In this document: positions 55,790 to 64,000 of the stretch, piece by piece
How positions within the stretch are numbered: the stretch's first letter is position 1
Layout of the letters: each line of letters begins with the position of its first letter
From: Dehalococcoidia bacterium
GTDB lineage: Bacteria; Chloroflexota; Dehalococcoidia; SHYB01
Length of the DNA: 64,000 nt
Assembly: GCA_963666265.2 (NCBI GenBank)
Contig: CAXXHW010000006.1
Span: forward strand, 572,999-636,998
Direction: 5' to 3'
Program-made: the position numbers and the translations under genes
Notes under the pieces: generated by a model
What the model was told of the DNA's origin: nothing
What the model saw: only the letters and a program-made list of their open reading frames with translations
The model's database searches: none

Positions 55790-56113
55790 TTGCGCGATTA
55801 TGAGCTTGTTATCCTAATTAGTCCTCAAGTGGCTGACGAGGATGTCTCCGGGATTGTGGACCGGGTGACAGGCTTCGTTACCGAACGAGGCGGGTCGATT
55901 GCCGAAGTAAAACCATGGGGAAGGCGGCGCATGGCCTACCACATCGGAGACTTCGAGGAGGCCACCTATATCCAGACGAACTTCTCCATGGACGCCAGCC
56001 ATACCCGGGAGTTGGAGAGTACACTGACCATATCCGAGGATGTTATACGCCACCTATTGTTAAGGGATGAGCGGGTGGCGAGCGGCACGGAAAGTGCGAA
56101 AGCCGAGGCATAG
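55790..56113 (+). CDS. rpsF: 30S ribosomal protein S6
   Basis: (M)RDYELVILISP..., WGRRRMAYHI. TTG start with AAGGAG upstream. The track ORF begins at 55751. Confidence 0.9.
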   Translation: MRDYELVILISPQVADEDVSGIVDRVTGFVTERGGSIAEVKPWGRRRMAYHIGDFEEATYIQTNFSMDASHTRELESTLTISEDVIRHLLLRDERVASGTESAKAEA

Positions 56114-56134
56114 CCTGGAAGGATGGTTGGCACC

Positions 56135-56545
56135 GTGGCTGGTCTGAATAAGATGATGATCATCGGCAATCTGGGGGCAGATCCGGAGATGCGCTACACG
56201 GCCAGTGGGGACGCGATGACTTCATTCAGGGTCGCAACCAATCGGACGTATACTACCCGGGATGGAGAGCGCCATGACGAGACGGAGTGGTTCTCCGTTA
56301 TTACCTTCCGCCAATTAGCGGAGCGGGTGAGCCAGTACCTGACAAAAGGACAGAAGGTCTACGTCGAAGGTCGGCTTCGCGGACGCTCTTGGGATGGGCA
56401 GGACGGCAAGACTCGATTCAGTAACGAGATTACAGCCAACGAAGTTGTGTTCTTGGACCGGCAGCCCACAGCGGGACTCGGAGACGACGAGGCTCCCGTG
56501 GATGTAGCAGCGGGGGCGGTCGAGCCGGAGGACCTTCCCTTTTAA
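56135..56545 (+). CDS. ssb: Single-stranded DNA-binding protein
   Basis: (M)AGLNKMMIIGNLGADPEMRYT, TEWFSVITFRQLAE, acidic tail EPEDLPF. I prefer the GTG at 56135 because of spacing to GGAAGGA. An alternative ATG lies at 56123. Confidence 0.9.
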   Translation: MAGLNKMMIIGNLGADPEMRYTASGDAMTSFRVATNRTYTTRDGERHDETEWFSVITFRQLAERVSQYLTKGQKVYVEGRLRGRSWDGQDGKTRFSNEITANEVVFLDRQPTAGLGDDEAPVDVAAGAVEPEDLPF

Positions 56546-56581
56546 GCGACGCGGATGAAGAAGGGATAGGGAAAGGAAAGC

Positions 56582-56932
56582 ATGGTACGTTCTGGCGGTT
56601 CGGCAGGCCGAAGTGGAGGTGGCGGTGGTGGCAGCAGCGGAGGACCGAGACGTGGTGGGGGTGGACGCAGAGGCAGGTTCATGCCCCGCAGAAAGGTCTG
56701 CTCCTTCTGCGTAGAGCACGTGAAAACTATTAATTACAAGTCCGTTCCACTGCTCCGGCGCTACATCTCCGAGAGGGGGAGGATCGAGCCCAGGCGAAAG
56801 ACCGGGACCTGTGCCAAACATCAGCGGGTGCTCGCCGAGGCGCTAAAACGGGCCCGCCATCTGGCCCTCCTGCCTTTCACCCCGGAACATGTTAGAGAGG
56901 CCGGCGATCGAACGGCGCTGCCGATCCCTTAG
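56582..56932 (+). CDS. rpsR: 30S ribosomal protein S18 with a Gly/Arg-rich N-terminal extension
   Basis: RRKVCSFC...[50 protein letters not shown]. An alternative internal start lies at 56681 (MPRRKV). Confidence 0.9.
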   Translation: MVRSGGSAGRSGGGGGGSSGGPRRGGGGRRGRFMPRRKVCSFCVEHVKTINYKSVPLLRRYISERGRIEPRRKTGTCAKHQRVLAEALKRARHLALLPFTPEHVREAGDRTALPIP

Positions 56933-57031
56933 ACACTGTCCTGCAGGGTATCAGCGATCAATACGGAATACTCCCTTGTTTGGTTTACGGTAAAAAAACC
57001 CGATTGGCTGATAGTAGGGGTGAGGTGATCT

Positions 57032-58468
57032 TTGGCACAAAGACGACGTAGCGCTCGCAGGCAGTCCGTAAGAAGCGAAAGTGTTGAGCAGGCGGGGGCG
57101 CCTCCGCCACGAAGGCGCAGGCCTAACCAAGGCGCTCGGAAAATACCAAGGGCAGTCTTCGTGATCGGCAGCGTCTTTCTCATAGCTATCGTCACCCTTG
57201 TCGTAACCAACTATTGGTTCTCAGTCAAACGCCCCGGAGATGAGCCGTTCCTGCAGGTGAACAGCCGAGTGTTTACCTGGAACGATTACGTGGGAATGAT
57301 CAGGTTCCAAAAACTAGGGACGGAGACCCTGGGCGGAAGGTTCGACGCCGGACGCGAGCCTTATGTACTCATTCAGAGCATGGCGGAGAACGAGCTCGTA
57401 CGCCAGGCCGCCCTTCGCGAGGGGTTGAGAGTATCCGACGAGGAAATTCGCCAGGAGATGATCCAACGGCTAGTCGACAAACCTGAGGAGCTTGGCGGCG
57501 CCAACCAAATCGACCGCGAGTTCACGGTCCGCCTGAACAACTACCTCACCGCCGTTCAGTTCAGCAAAGGGGACTACAAGGAGCTCGTAGAGGTGGCCTT
57601 GCTCCGATCGCAGCTTCGAGACAAGCTTGGAGACACGTCGCTCATTCCCAGGGTACAGCCCCACGTCTTCCTCCACCTGATCCAGGGCGACGATCCTCAG
57701 AGTAGCTCTCAAACGGATAACGTCGGTCAAATTGAGCGTCTTCTCGCCGACGATGAGGATTTCGCAACGGTAGCCAGAAGGTTGTCGATAGACGAAAGTG
57801 GTGTCGATGGAGGAGAGATAGGCTGGGTGCCTCGACTGGTCTTTCAAGATTTCGATACAGAGCTTTTCGGCCTTCGTGAAGGGCAGGTCAGCCAGCCCCT
57901 GCGGACTGACGATGGGGTCTACCTGGTCAAGCTGATCGAACGAGTGAATGACCGAGGCCGGCTCGAGGTTATCCTGGTGGAGGACCTTCGGACCGCCAGG
58001 GAGGTTGAGAACCTGTTCGACTCCGGCATCAGCTTCAGTGAGCTATCGACAAGGTTCTCTATCGATCCAGAGCTTCAGGCCAACGCCGGTGACCTGGGAC
58101 TCGTGGCTCCGGGAGACCACGATGGTCTCTTCGACAAATTTATCCGGGGAATCGCTCTAGGTGAGTCATTTGGACCCGTCTCCTCCACGGGCGGCACCTT
58201 TTTCCTCATGGTCAAGGAGCGCACGCCGGCCCGGGAGATCGTCGAAAATTCCTTGGCTGTTCTGAAATCGCGGGCCCTCGATGACTGGCTTCGCCGAGAG
58301 TGGGACCAAAATATCGTAAACTATTGTCCTGGGGGGCAGGACAATTGCTTCGGCAGCGTCAAGGTGACCAGGGCCTTGGGGGAGATCAATGACCTCTCCC
58401 AGACGAAGGTTCAAGCAAACGCCACGGCTACGAGTCAGGCGGCGGACCGGGCCGCGGGCCAAGGGTAG
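57032..58468 (+). CDS. Membrane-anchored PpiC/parvulin-type peptidyl-prolyl isomerase (SurA/PpiD-like)
   Basis: Basic N-terminus, then TM helix VFVIGSVFLIAIVTLVV, a SurA_N-like region, and a rotamase core (DFATVARRLSIDESGVDGGEIGWV...GVYLVKL). TTG start. Confidence 0.8.
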   Translation: MAQRRRSARRQSVRSESVEQAGAPPPRRRRPNQGARKIPRAVFVIGSVFLIAIVTLVVTNYWFSVKRPGDEPFLQVNSRVFTWNDYVGMIRFQKLGTETLGGRFDAGREPYVLIQSMAENELVRQAALREGLRVSDEEIRQEMIQRLVDKPEELGGANQIDREFTVRLNNYLTAVQFSKGDYKELVEVALLRSQLRDKLGDTSLIPRVQPHVFLHLIQGDDPQSSSQTDNVGQIERLLADDEDFATVARRLSIDESGVDGGEIGWVPRLVFQDFDTELFGLREGQVSQPLRTDDGVYLVKLIERVNDRGRLEVILVEDLRTAREVENLFDSGISFSELSTRFSIDPELQANAGDLGLVAPGDHDGLFDKFIRGIALGESFGPVSSTGGTFFLMVKERTPAREIVENSLAVLKSRALDDWLRREWDQNIVNYCPGGQDNCFGSVKVTRALGEINDLSQTKVQANATATSQAADRAAGQG

Positions 58469-58544
58469 TAAAGCCCCAGACCGGTTTCCGTGGATTAGGC
58501 CGGTGCCGTGGCGCGCCGAATAACACTGGGGGATACAGGGCGTT

Positions 58545-59636
58545 TTGGGCGACGAACCGGGTATTTCAGCGGTGAATCGGGCCAAGCCCGAAGGCGTACT
58601 CGACGCCTACCGAGACTTCTTGCCGCTCACGGCGGATACGCCCTCCCTTACTCTGGGTGAGGGTAATACACCCCTCGTCCGGTCCGCACATCTGGAAAAG
58701 GAGATCGGTTGCGGCCGGCTCTACTTCAAGCTGGAGGGCTGCAACCCTACGGGCTCCTTCAAGGACCGCGGTATGGTCGTCGCCGTAGCCAAGGCCATGG
58801 AGGCGGGTAGCACCACCATCATCTGCGCATCCACGGGCAATACCAGCGCCTCCGCTGCCGCCTATGGAGCCCGCGGCGGCCTCAAGACAGTCGTCGTCGT
58901 CCCCAAAGGAAGCGTGGCACTGGGAAAGTTCAGCCAGGCGCTGGCCTACGGGGCCCGCGTCGCCATCGTAGACGGCAACTTCGATCAGGCCCTCCGCATC
59001 GTGCGCACGGTGGCAGAGCGTCACCCCATAACCCTGGTAAATTCAGTCAACCCCCACAGGATCGAGGGGCAAAAGACTGCCTCCTTCGAGATCGTGGACG
59101 ACCTGGGCGACGCCCCGGACCTCCTTTGCATACCCGTCGGCAACGCTGGGAACATCTGCGCGTATTGGAAAGGGTTTGTTGAATACCGCAGCGCGAGCCG
59201 GGCCGGCAAAACACCCCGCATGATGGGATTCCAGGCCGCTGGGTCGGCCCCTATCGTCACGGGAACGCCGGTCGAGATGCCGATGACGGTGGCGACCGCG
59301 ATTCGTATCGGCAATCCTGCAAGCTGGCAGGGGGCCCTTCAAGCGAAGGAGGAGTCCGGAGGCATCATCGAAGCCGTCAGCGACGAGGAGATCCTAGAAG
59401 CTTATCATATCCTGGCCTCTCGCGAAGGGATCTTCGGGGAGCCCGCCTCAGCGGCTTCGGTCGCCGGCCTCAGAAAGATCGCGGCGGAAGGAGCGGACCT
59501 TTCAGACAAGGTGGTCGTGTGCATCGTCACCGGGACCGGGCTCAAAGACCTGGAGGCTGCCACGCAGGACGAGCAGGCGGACGTGATCGAAATTCCACCG
59601 GACCCCGACGTGGCGGAGCGTCTACTAGAACTCTGA
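58545..59636 (+). CDS. thrC: Threonine synthase
   Basis: LGEGNTPLV, NPTGSFKDRGM PLP-lysine motif, ASTGNTSAS. The start is uncertain (TTG at 58545 or GTG at 58572). Confidence 0.9.
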   Translation: MGDEPGISAVNRAKPEGVLDAYRDFLPLTADTPSLTLGEGNTPLVRSAHLEKEIGCGRLYFKLEGCNPTGSFKDRGMVVAVAKAMEAGSTTIICASTGNTSASAAAYGARGGLKTVVVVPKGSVALGKFSQALAYGARVAIVDGNFDQALRIVRTVAERHPITLVNSVNPHRIEGQKTASFEIVDDLGDAPDLLCIPVGNAGNICAYWKGFVEYRSASRAGKTPRMMGFQAAGSAPIVTGTPVEMPMTVATAIRIGNPASWQGALQAKEESGGIIEAVSDEEILEAYHILASREGIFGEPASAASVAGLRKIAAEGADLSDKVVVCIVTGTGLKDLEAATQDEQADVIEIPPDPDVAERLLEL

Positions 59637-59808
59637 TAGGGGTCCTGCCAGGGAAGCTGTCGGCCCACCCAGAACCTAACCCCGCGGCCATGACCCCGGC
59701 AACCGCCCTTGTGAAGGCAGTTCTCTTCTGGTAAAGTTTTTTGCGGTCTCTTCACATTTCCCCTAGCGGATGACCGGCTGATATCGCCGTGTTAGCGAGG
59801 AGCGTTCG

Positions 59809-60372
59809 GTGGTAAAAAAAGAGGTAATCGAGAAGGCGATGGTGGAGATCATTCAAGCCGTCGGAGAGGACTCCGGCCGGGAAGGCCTGCGGGATACTCC
59901 CAGGCGCATCGCCGAGATGTACGCCGAGCTCTTCTCAGGGATTGATGCAGACCCTGTCGAAGAGCTCACGGTAGGGTTTGAAGAGGGCCACCGGGAGATG
60001 GTGATCCTGAAGGATATCCCCTTCTCTTCGATGTGCGAGCATCACTTCTTGCCCTTTTTCGGTGTAGCCCACGTGGGCTATATCCCCAATGGGCGCGTTG
60101 TGGGGATCAGCAAAATAGCCCGGGTGGTGGAGATATTCGCCAAGCGCCCTCAGCTCCAGGAACGGCTGACAACCTCCATCGCGGAGACTATCTCCTCCGC
60201 CCTGCAGCCGCAGGGAGTCGCCACCGTCATCCGAGCCGAGCACTTTTGCATCACGATGCGCGGCATCAAGAAGCCCGGGACCACCATCATGACCTCCGCC
60301 ATGAGAGGCCGTTTTCAAAAGAGCGAAGTGACCCGGTCCGAGTTTCTCTCTCTCATCCAGAGCAAAAGTTGA
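59809..60372 (+). CDS. folE: GTP cyclohydrolase I (FolE type I)
   Basis: DTPRRIAEMY, SMCEHHFLPFFG, RPQLQERLT. GTG start after GAGGAG. Confidence 0.95.
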   Translation: MVKKEVIEKAMVEIIQAVGEDSGREGLRDTPRRIAEMYAELFSGIDADPVEELTVGFEEGHREMVILKDIPFSSMCEHHFLPFFGVAHVGYIPNGRVVGISKIARVVEIFAKRPQLQERLTTSIAETISSALQPQGVATVIRAEHFCITMRGIKKPGTTIMTSAMRGRFQKSEVTRSEFLSLIQSKS

Positions 60373-61346
60373 CCATCGACGTTCAGGAAGAGAGCTTCGA
60401 CTCCATCACCGACGAATGGCGCGACCTGGCGGCCGCCTCGACCGCAGGTTCGGTCTTCGGTACACCGGCCTGGCAACGGGCCTGGTGGGAAAGCTGTAGA
60501 AGCTCCGAAGAACTGCTCTTGCTGTCGTTTCGAACGGGGGGTGAAGCCAAAGGCATCGCCCCCTTGATGCGTGCAGGCGACACCGTCCAGTTCATCGGCC
60601 ACTCGGACCTGTGCGACTACCATGAGTTTCTTTTGGCCGACGGCACTGAGGCGGAGTTTTACCCCTGCCTCGTGGACGAGCTTATAACCACGGACTGGCG
60701 AACCCTGGAGCTGGACGGCCTGACAGAGGACTCTCCTACACTGAAACACTTACCGGACCTTGCGAGACAGCGAGGCTTATACGTCGAGCAGACGCTTGAG
60801 GAGGTGAGCCCCAAGGTCTCGTTGCCCTCCACCTGGGAAGAATATCAGGGCAGCCTGAGAAAAAAGGACCGGCATGAGCTCAGGCGCAAGCTCCGACGGC
60901 TGACCGGCGCCGGAGAAACGTCTTGCTATGCTGTTTCTGACGCCGGGGCCCTGACCCAGGATGTATCATCGCTGCTGGAATTGTTGAGAAACAGCGGTGA
61001 GGCCAAGGCGGCGTTCCTCACGCCTGAGCGTGAGCAGTTCTTCCACACCATGGCGGCCGCTATGTCCCAGGAGGGCTATCTCAAGCTGTTCTTCTTGGAG
61101 CTGGACGGTGCCCGGGTCGCGGCCTCGTTCCTGTTCGATTACAAGGACGCTTATTACCTCTACAATAGCGGGTATGATGTGAACTATGGCTTCTTAAGCG
61201 TTGGACTTCTTCTGAAAGCCCTGTGCCTGCAAGACGCCATAGAGCAGGGCAAGAGGGAGTTCGACCTGCTGCGAGGACCGGAGGGTTACAAGTACGATCT
61301 TGGCGGCAAAGACCAGGGGGTCTATAAACTGGTGATTCGCCGTTGA
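60369..61346 (+). CDS. GNAT-fold acetyltransferase, CelD/BioF2-like (FemAB-like Acetyltransf_6)
   Basis: The TTG start overlaps the folE stop (TTGA). Motifs SVFGTPAWQRAWWE, ...YLYNSGYD..., FDLLRGPEGYKYDLGG. The track ORF N-terminus (60033..) is a folE shadow. Confidence 0.7.
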   Translation: MTIDVQEESFDSITDEWRDLAAASTAGSVFGTPAWQRAWWESCRSSEELLLLSFRTGGEAKGIAPLMRAGDTVQFIGHSDLCDYHEFLLADGTEAEFYPCLVDELITTDWRTLELDGLTEDSPTLKHLPDLARQRGLYVEQTLEEVSPKVSLPSTWEEYQGSLRKKDRHELRRKLRRLTGAGETSCYAVSDAGALTQDVSSLLELLRNSGEAKAAFLTPEREQFFHTMAAAMSQEGYLKLFFLELDGARVAASFLFDYKDAYYLYNSGYDVNYGFLSVGLLLKALCLQDAIEQGKREFDLLRGPEGYKYDLGGKDQGVYKLVIRR

Positions 61347-61421
61347 CAAGGAATCCCCAGCGCAGACGGCGCAACAAATGATAGAGCTCAATTTCATGTC
61401 ATCAAGGACGGAAGGTAGCCA

Positions 61422-62648
61422 TTGAGAATCGCCTTCGTTAGTGTTCATACCTGCCCGCTGGCTGAACTGGGCCAGAATGATACCGGGGGGATGAACGTCT
61501 ATCTCCGTGAGACGGCCCGAGAGCTTGGCCGCCGAGGCATCTGCATGGATGTCTACACGCGCCGCCACGACCCTGACGAGCCGATGATCGTCAGCCTGGG
61601 AGAGAACGCGCGGGTTATCCACCTCGCCGCCGGCCCTCCCGATGAACCGAAGCGGGCCCTTTTCGATCACCTTCCGGAGTTTGCCCAGAACCTGTATGAC
61701 TTTATAGAGACCTTCGGCCTCGAGTATGACCTAGCCCACGGCCACTACTGGCTTTCCGGACCGATGGCCCTGGGCTTGAAAGAGCGGTTGCATATCCCCG
61801 CCGTTTCCAGCTTCCATTCTCTTGGAAAAGTGCAGCAGCTCGTCCAGGCGGGTGAGACCGATTCAGAGCACCGCATCAAGACGGAATGCCGGGTCGTCGC
61901 GGAGGCGGACTGGCTCATCGCCGGTAGCCCAGACGAGCGGGAGCAGCTGGTCCGCCACTACCAGGCATCACCTGAAAAGACCCACGTGGTCCCCTGCGGG
62001 TTCGACCACCAGATGTTCCGGCCCATGAACAAGACCGAGGCGAGAAGGGCTTTGGGCCTGGATGGCTCTAAGATCGTCCTCTTTGTGGGCAGGATGACCC
62101 GGCTCAAAGGAGTGGACATCCTTCTGCGAGCCGTCGCCGCTATGGAGGAACGAGAGGACCTGAAGATCGTGATCATCGGCGGGGGGCAGGGTGACGCCGA
62201 AGTGTCGATTCTTCGCGATCTGGGCCTGGAGCTGGGAATCGAGAAGCATCTGCTCTTCCTCGGCTCTGTCCCTCAGGAAAACCTGCCGATGTACTACAGC
62301 GCGGCGGATGTGTGCGTTGTCCCTTCCTACTACGAGACCTTCGGCCTGGTGGCGGTGGAGGCTATGGCCTGTGGAACGCCGGTGGTGGCTGCCAGGGTGG
62401 GCGGCCTGCGGGCCACCATCGCCGACGGCAAGACCGGCTACCTGGTACCGTGGCACTGCCCAGAGCCCTATGCCGAGCGCCTGGAAACGATCCTGGGAAA
62501 TGACGTCTTGCGGGCCAGCTTCGGGAAGGCGGCTCTCGAGTCAGTTGAAGGACTGACCTGGCCCTTCGTCGTGGACAGTCTGCTGGACGTCTACGGAGAG
62601 GCCCTGGGGGTGCCTCGGTGGGCCCTTCAACTTGTGCCGTGCGCCTGA
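61422..62648 (+). CDS. GT4 glycosyltransferase, MshA-like (D-inositol-3-phosphate glycosyltransferase-like)
   Basis: MRIAFVSVHTCPLAELGQNDTGGMNVYLRETARELGRRG closely resembles the MshA N-terminus (..HTSPLxQPGxGDxGGMNVY..) as I remember it. The C-terminal GT-B EX7E region is FGLVAVEAMACGTPVVA. Confidence 0.8.
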   Translation: MRIAFVSVHTCPLAELGQNDTGGMNVYLRETARELGRRGICMDVYTRRHDPDEPMIVSLGENARVIHLAAGPPDEPKRALFDHLPEFAQNLYDFIETFGLEYDLAHGHYWLSGPMALGLKERLHIPAVSSFHSLGKVQQLVQAGETDSEHRIKTECRVVAEADWLIAGSPDEREQLVRHYQASPEKTHVVPCGFDHQMFRPMNKTEARRALGLDGSKIVLFVGRMTRLKGVDILLRAVAAMEEREDLKIVIIGGGQGDAEVSILRDLGLELGIEKHLLFLGSVPQENLPMYYSAADVCVVPSYYETFGLVAVEAMACGTPVVAARVGGLRATIADGKTGYLVPWHCPEPYAERLETILGNDVLRASFGKAALESVEGLTWPFVVDSLLDVYGEALGVPRWALQLVPCA

Positions 62649-62962
62649 GTCTGTAGCAGGGGTGATGAAAAACACCCCCAAACCCCCTCAAGGGGATTCA
62701 AGGTAACCCCTTCGGGGATGATTTACAGAAGGGGGACACCTCCCGAGTCAGGTCGAGGACTCTCGATAAAATCGGAGCCCTTCGACCCCCGCCAACGGGG
62801 CTCCACCCCACTGGACACCCCTTCTTCAGCATCCTGTTAAGTGAATGACATTTCTACACAAACAGCGGGGCACAGATATCGGCATTACTCCGACGTTCCA
62901 TCTAATTGGGGGCGGACTAGATGGACTCCGCCGCCCGGCGCATTGCCAGCGGGCGCTGCCCG

Positions 62963-63036
62963 CCCCCTCTCCCTTGGATGGGAGAGGGCTAGGGTGAGGG
63001 TGAAACCGATTTGGCATCCCGATTTTTGGAATAACT
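62963..63036 (+). repeat. Short copy of the hairpin repeat with the conserved tail
   Basis: CCCCCTCTCCCTTGGATGGGAGAGGGCTAGGGTGAGGGTGAAACCGATTTGGCATCCCGATTTTTGGAATAACT. The preceding 62650..62960 also looks like degenerate repeat debris. Confidence 0.7.
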
Positions 63037-63061
63037 TCTACAAGGCGTTCCGGAGCAGACC

Positions 63062-63961
63062 CTACAACCGGAGCTCGTACCAGATGTACTCGCCTTTGGG
63101 ACGAAATCCCGTCGCTTTATACAGCTCTACCGCCGGCGCGTTGTCCTGGTAGACGGTGAGCTCGACGGCCTTTGCCCCTTGCGCTGCCAGGAAATCGATG
63201 CTCTCCAGCAGCATCGCCCTGCCGAACCCGCGGCCTCGTATCTCCGGGACGGCGCCGATCATCCAGACGATGCCCACCCGCACGCCATCCTGTACCAGCA
63301 TCTTGGTCCAGCAATAGGCGACGGGCCGGCCATCGGCGACGAGGAACAAGGTATCTTCCGGCCTGCCTCCCCCCATGCGCGTACGGTAGACCGTCTCTTT
63401 GGTCACGTTAGGAGCAAACCCCCAGCTGCCGGTGAATGCGCGATTTTGAAGCTCGGTGAGCACTTCCTCCTGGCCGGCGGCCATGTGCCGTATCTCATAG
63501 CTCTCCACGGCCCTGCCGCGGATGAGGTCGGCGAGCTCCAGACGCATCTGCCACTGGCGGCTCGCCTCCACAAACCCGGTGCCCTCCAGAAGCCGCTGGA
63601 CGGCTACTCCCTGGAGCGTCGTCGAGGCGTGGGCAAGGCCCGCCCCCAGCCCTTTGCTATGCTCGATTGCCCTCTCCATCAGCATCGCGCCGATGCCCCG
63701 CCGCCGGTGCGCCGGCCGCACAGCGCCTTCGATGATGGTCCTCCCGATATCGAGCTCCGGCACGACCAGAGTGAAGCCGGCCACGTCGCCATCGACCTCC
63801 GCCAGAAAGCAGTCGCGCTCGGGGGTCAGGTTCGGCTGCCGGAGATACTCCCCTGCGGTCTCCTCCGTGAACGCGGAGTCCGCCCCATCCGCTTTCCTCG
63901 CCTCCCTCACGATCGATGTATACAGCGATAGGTCGTTCCAGCGAAAAGGGCGGAGCGTCAT
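63062..63961 (-). CDS. Tandem-GNAT N-acetyltransferase (MshD-like two-domain architecture)
   Basis: Two GNAT cores are present (RRRGIGAMLMERAIEH and IRGRGFGRAMLLESIDF) in ~299 aa. The start is at MTLRPF with GGAGG 7 nt upstream. The track ORF runs to the window edge at 64000. Confidence 0.8.
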   Translation of the reverse strand: MTLRPFRWNDLSLYTSIVREARKADGADSAFTEETAGEYLRQPNLTPERDCFLAEVDGDVAGFTLVVPELDIGRTIIEGAVRPAHRRRGIGAMLMERAIEHSKGLGAGLAHASTTLQGVAVQRLLEGTGFVEASRQWQMRLELADLIRGRAVESYEIRHMAAGQEEVLTELQNRAFTGSWGFAPNVTKETVYRTRMGGGRPEDTLFLVADGRPVAYCWTKMLVQDGVRVGIVWMIGAVPEIRGRGFGRAMLLESIDFLAAQGAKAVELTVYQDNAPAVELYKATGFRPKGEYIWYELRL

Positions 63962-64000
63962 GGAGAGGCCTCCGGTGGCATGACAGAAGTGTTGACCCAA

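Noticed and set aside
59637-59808. A possible riboswitch or leader upstream of folE (a THF/folE-motif type). I also looked upstream of thrC and glyA.
   Set aside because: Only a weak 7-bp hairpin (TGTGAAG...CTTCACA) is visible. I could not match any riboswitch core by eye, and a covariance-model scan would be needed before claiming anything.
1-64000. tRNA, rRNA, tmRNA, RNase P and SRP RNA genes.
   Set aside because: I scanned the intergenic regions for T-arm GGTTCGAATCC-like boxes and for the conserved RNase P, tmRNA and SRP cores and found none. All longer gaps are accounted for by repeats or remain unexplained, as listed in the findings.

Overview
A 64 kb, roughly 60% GC bacterial chromosomal segment, densely coding on both strands. 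I found no rRNA, tRNA or CRISPR array. The gene content and repeat style suggest a Chloroflexota-like organism of the SAR202 or Dehalococcoidia type, but this is inference only. Housekeeping blocks are: a pentose-phosphate cluster (tkt, zwf, rpiB, gnd), glyA, rpsF-ssb-rpsR, a PpiC-type PPIase, thrC, folE, trxB and hbd. Between them lies a large set of paralogous catabolic enzymes: 4 luciferase-like (LLM) oxidoreductases, 4 acyl-CoA dehydrogenases plus one stand-alone ACAD C-terminal domain, 3 metal-dependent amidohydrolases and a D-aminoacylase, 5 SDRs plus one extended-SDR epimerase/dehydratase, 2 tandem cyclase-family genes, and 2 orphan family-5 solute-binding lipoproteins. The most notable observations follow. 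(1) The two ORFs at 48251..48556 and 48578..48811 are one reading frame joined by an in-frame UGA in a U-G-S-C motif, with a SECIS-like hairpin starting 11 nt downstream, so this is a probable selenoprotein that ORF callers split. (2) An amidohydrolase is interrupted by a single in-frame amber codon. (3) A CHASE3-type chemoreceptor is split by a 1-nt frameshift inside its second TM helix. (4) Two tandem eukaryote-type 6-pyruvoyl-tetrahydropterin synthases sit directly upstream of two SDRs, which is a candidate reduced-pterin pathway. (5) A modular MITE-like hairpin repeat family is present, including a 501-nt array bounded by 11-bp terminal inverted repeats and a single copy flanked by an 11-nt direct repeat. 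(6) An MshA-like GT4 lies next to an MshD-like double-GNAT, with a TIGR03086-like DinB protein elsewhere in the window, giving a mycothiol-like signature outside Actinobacteria. All functional calls rest on motif and family recognition by eye. No database search was run.
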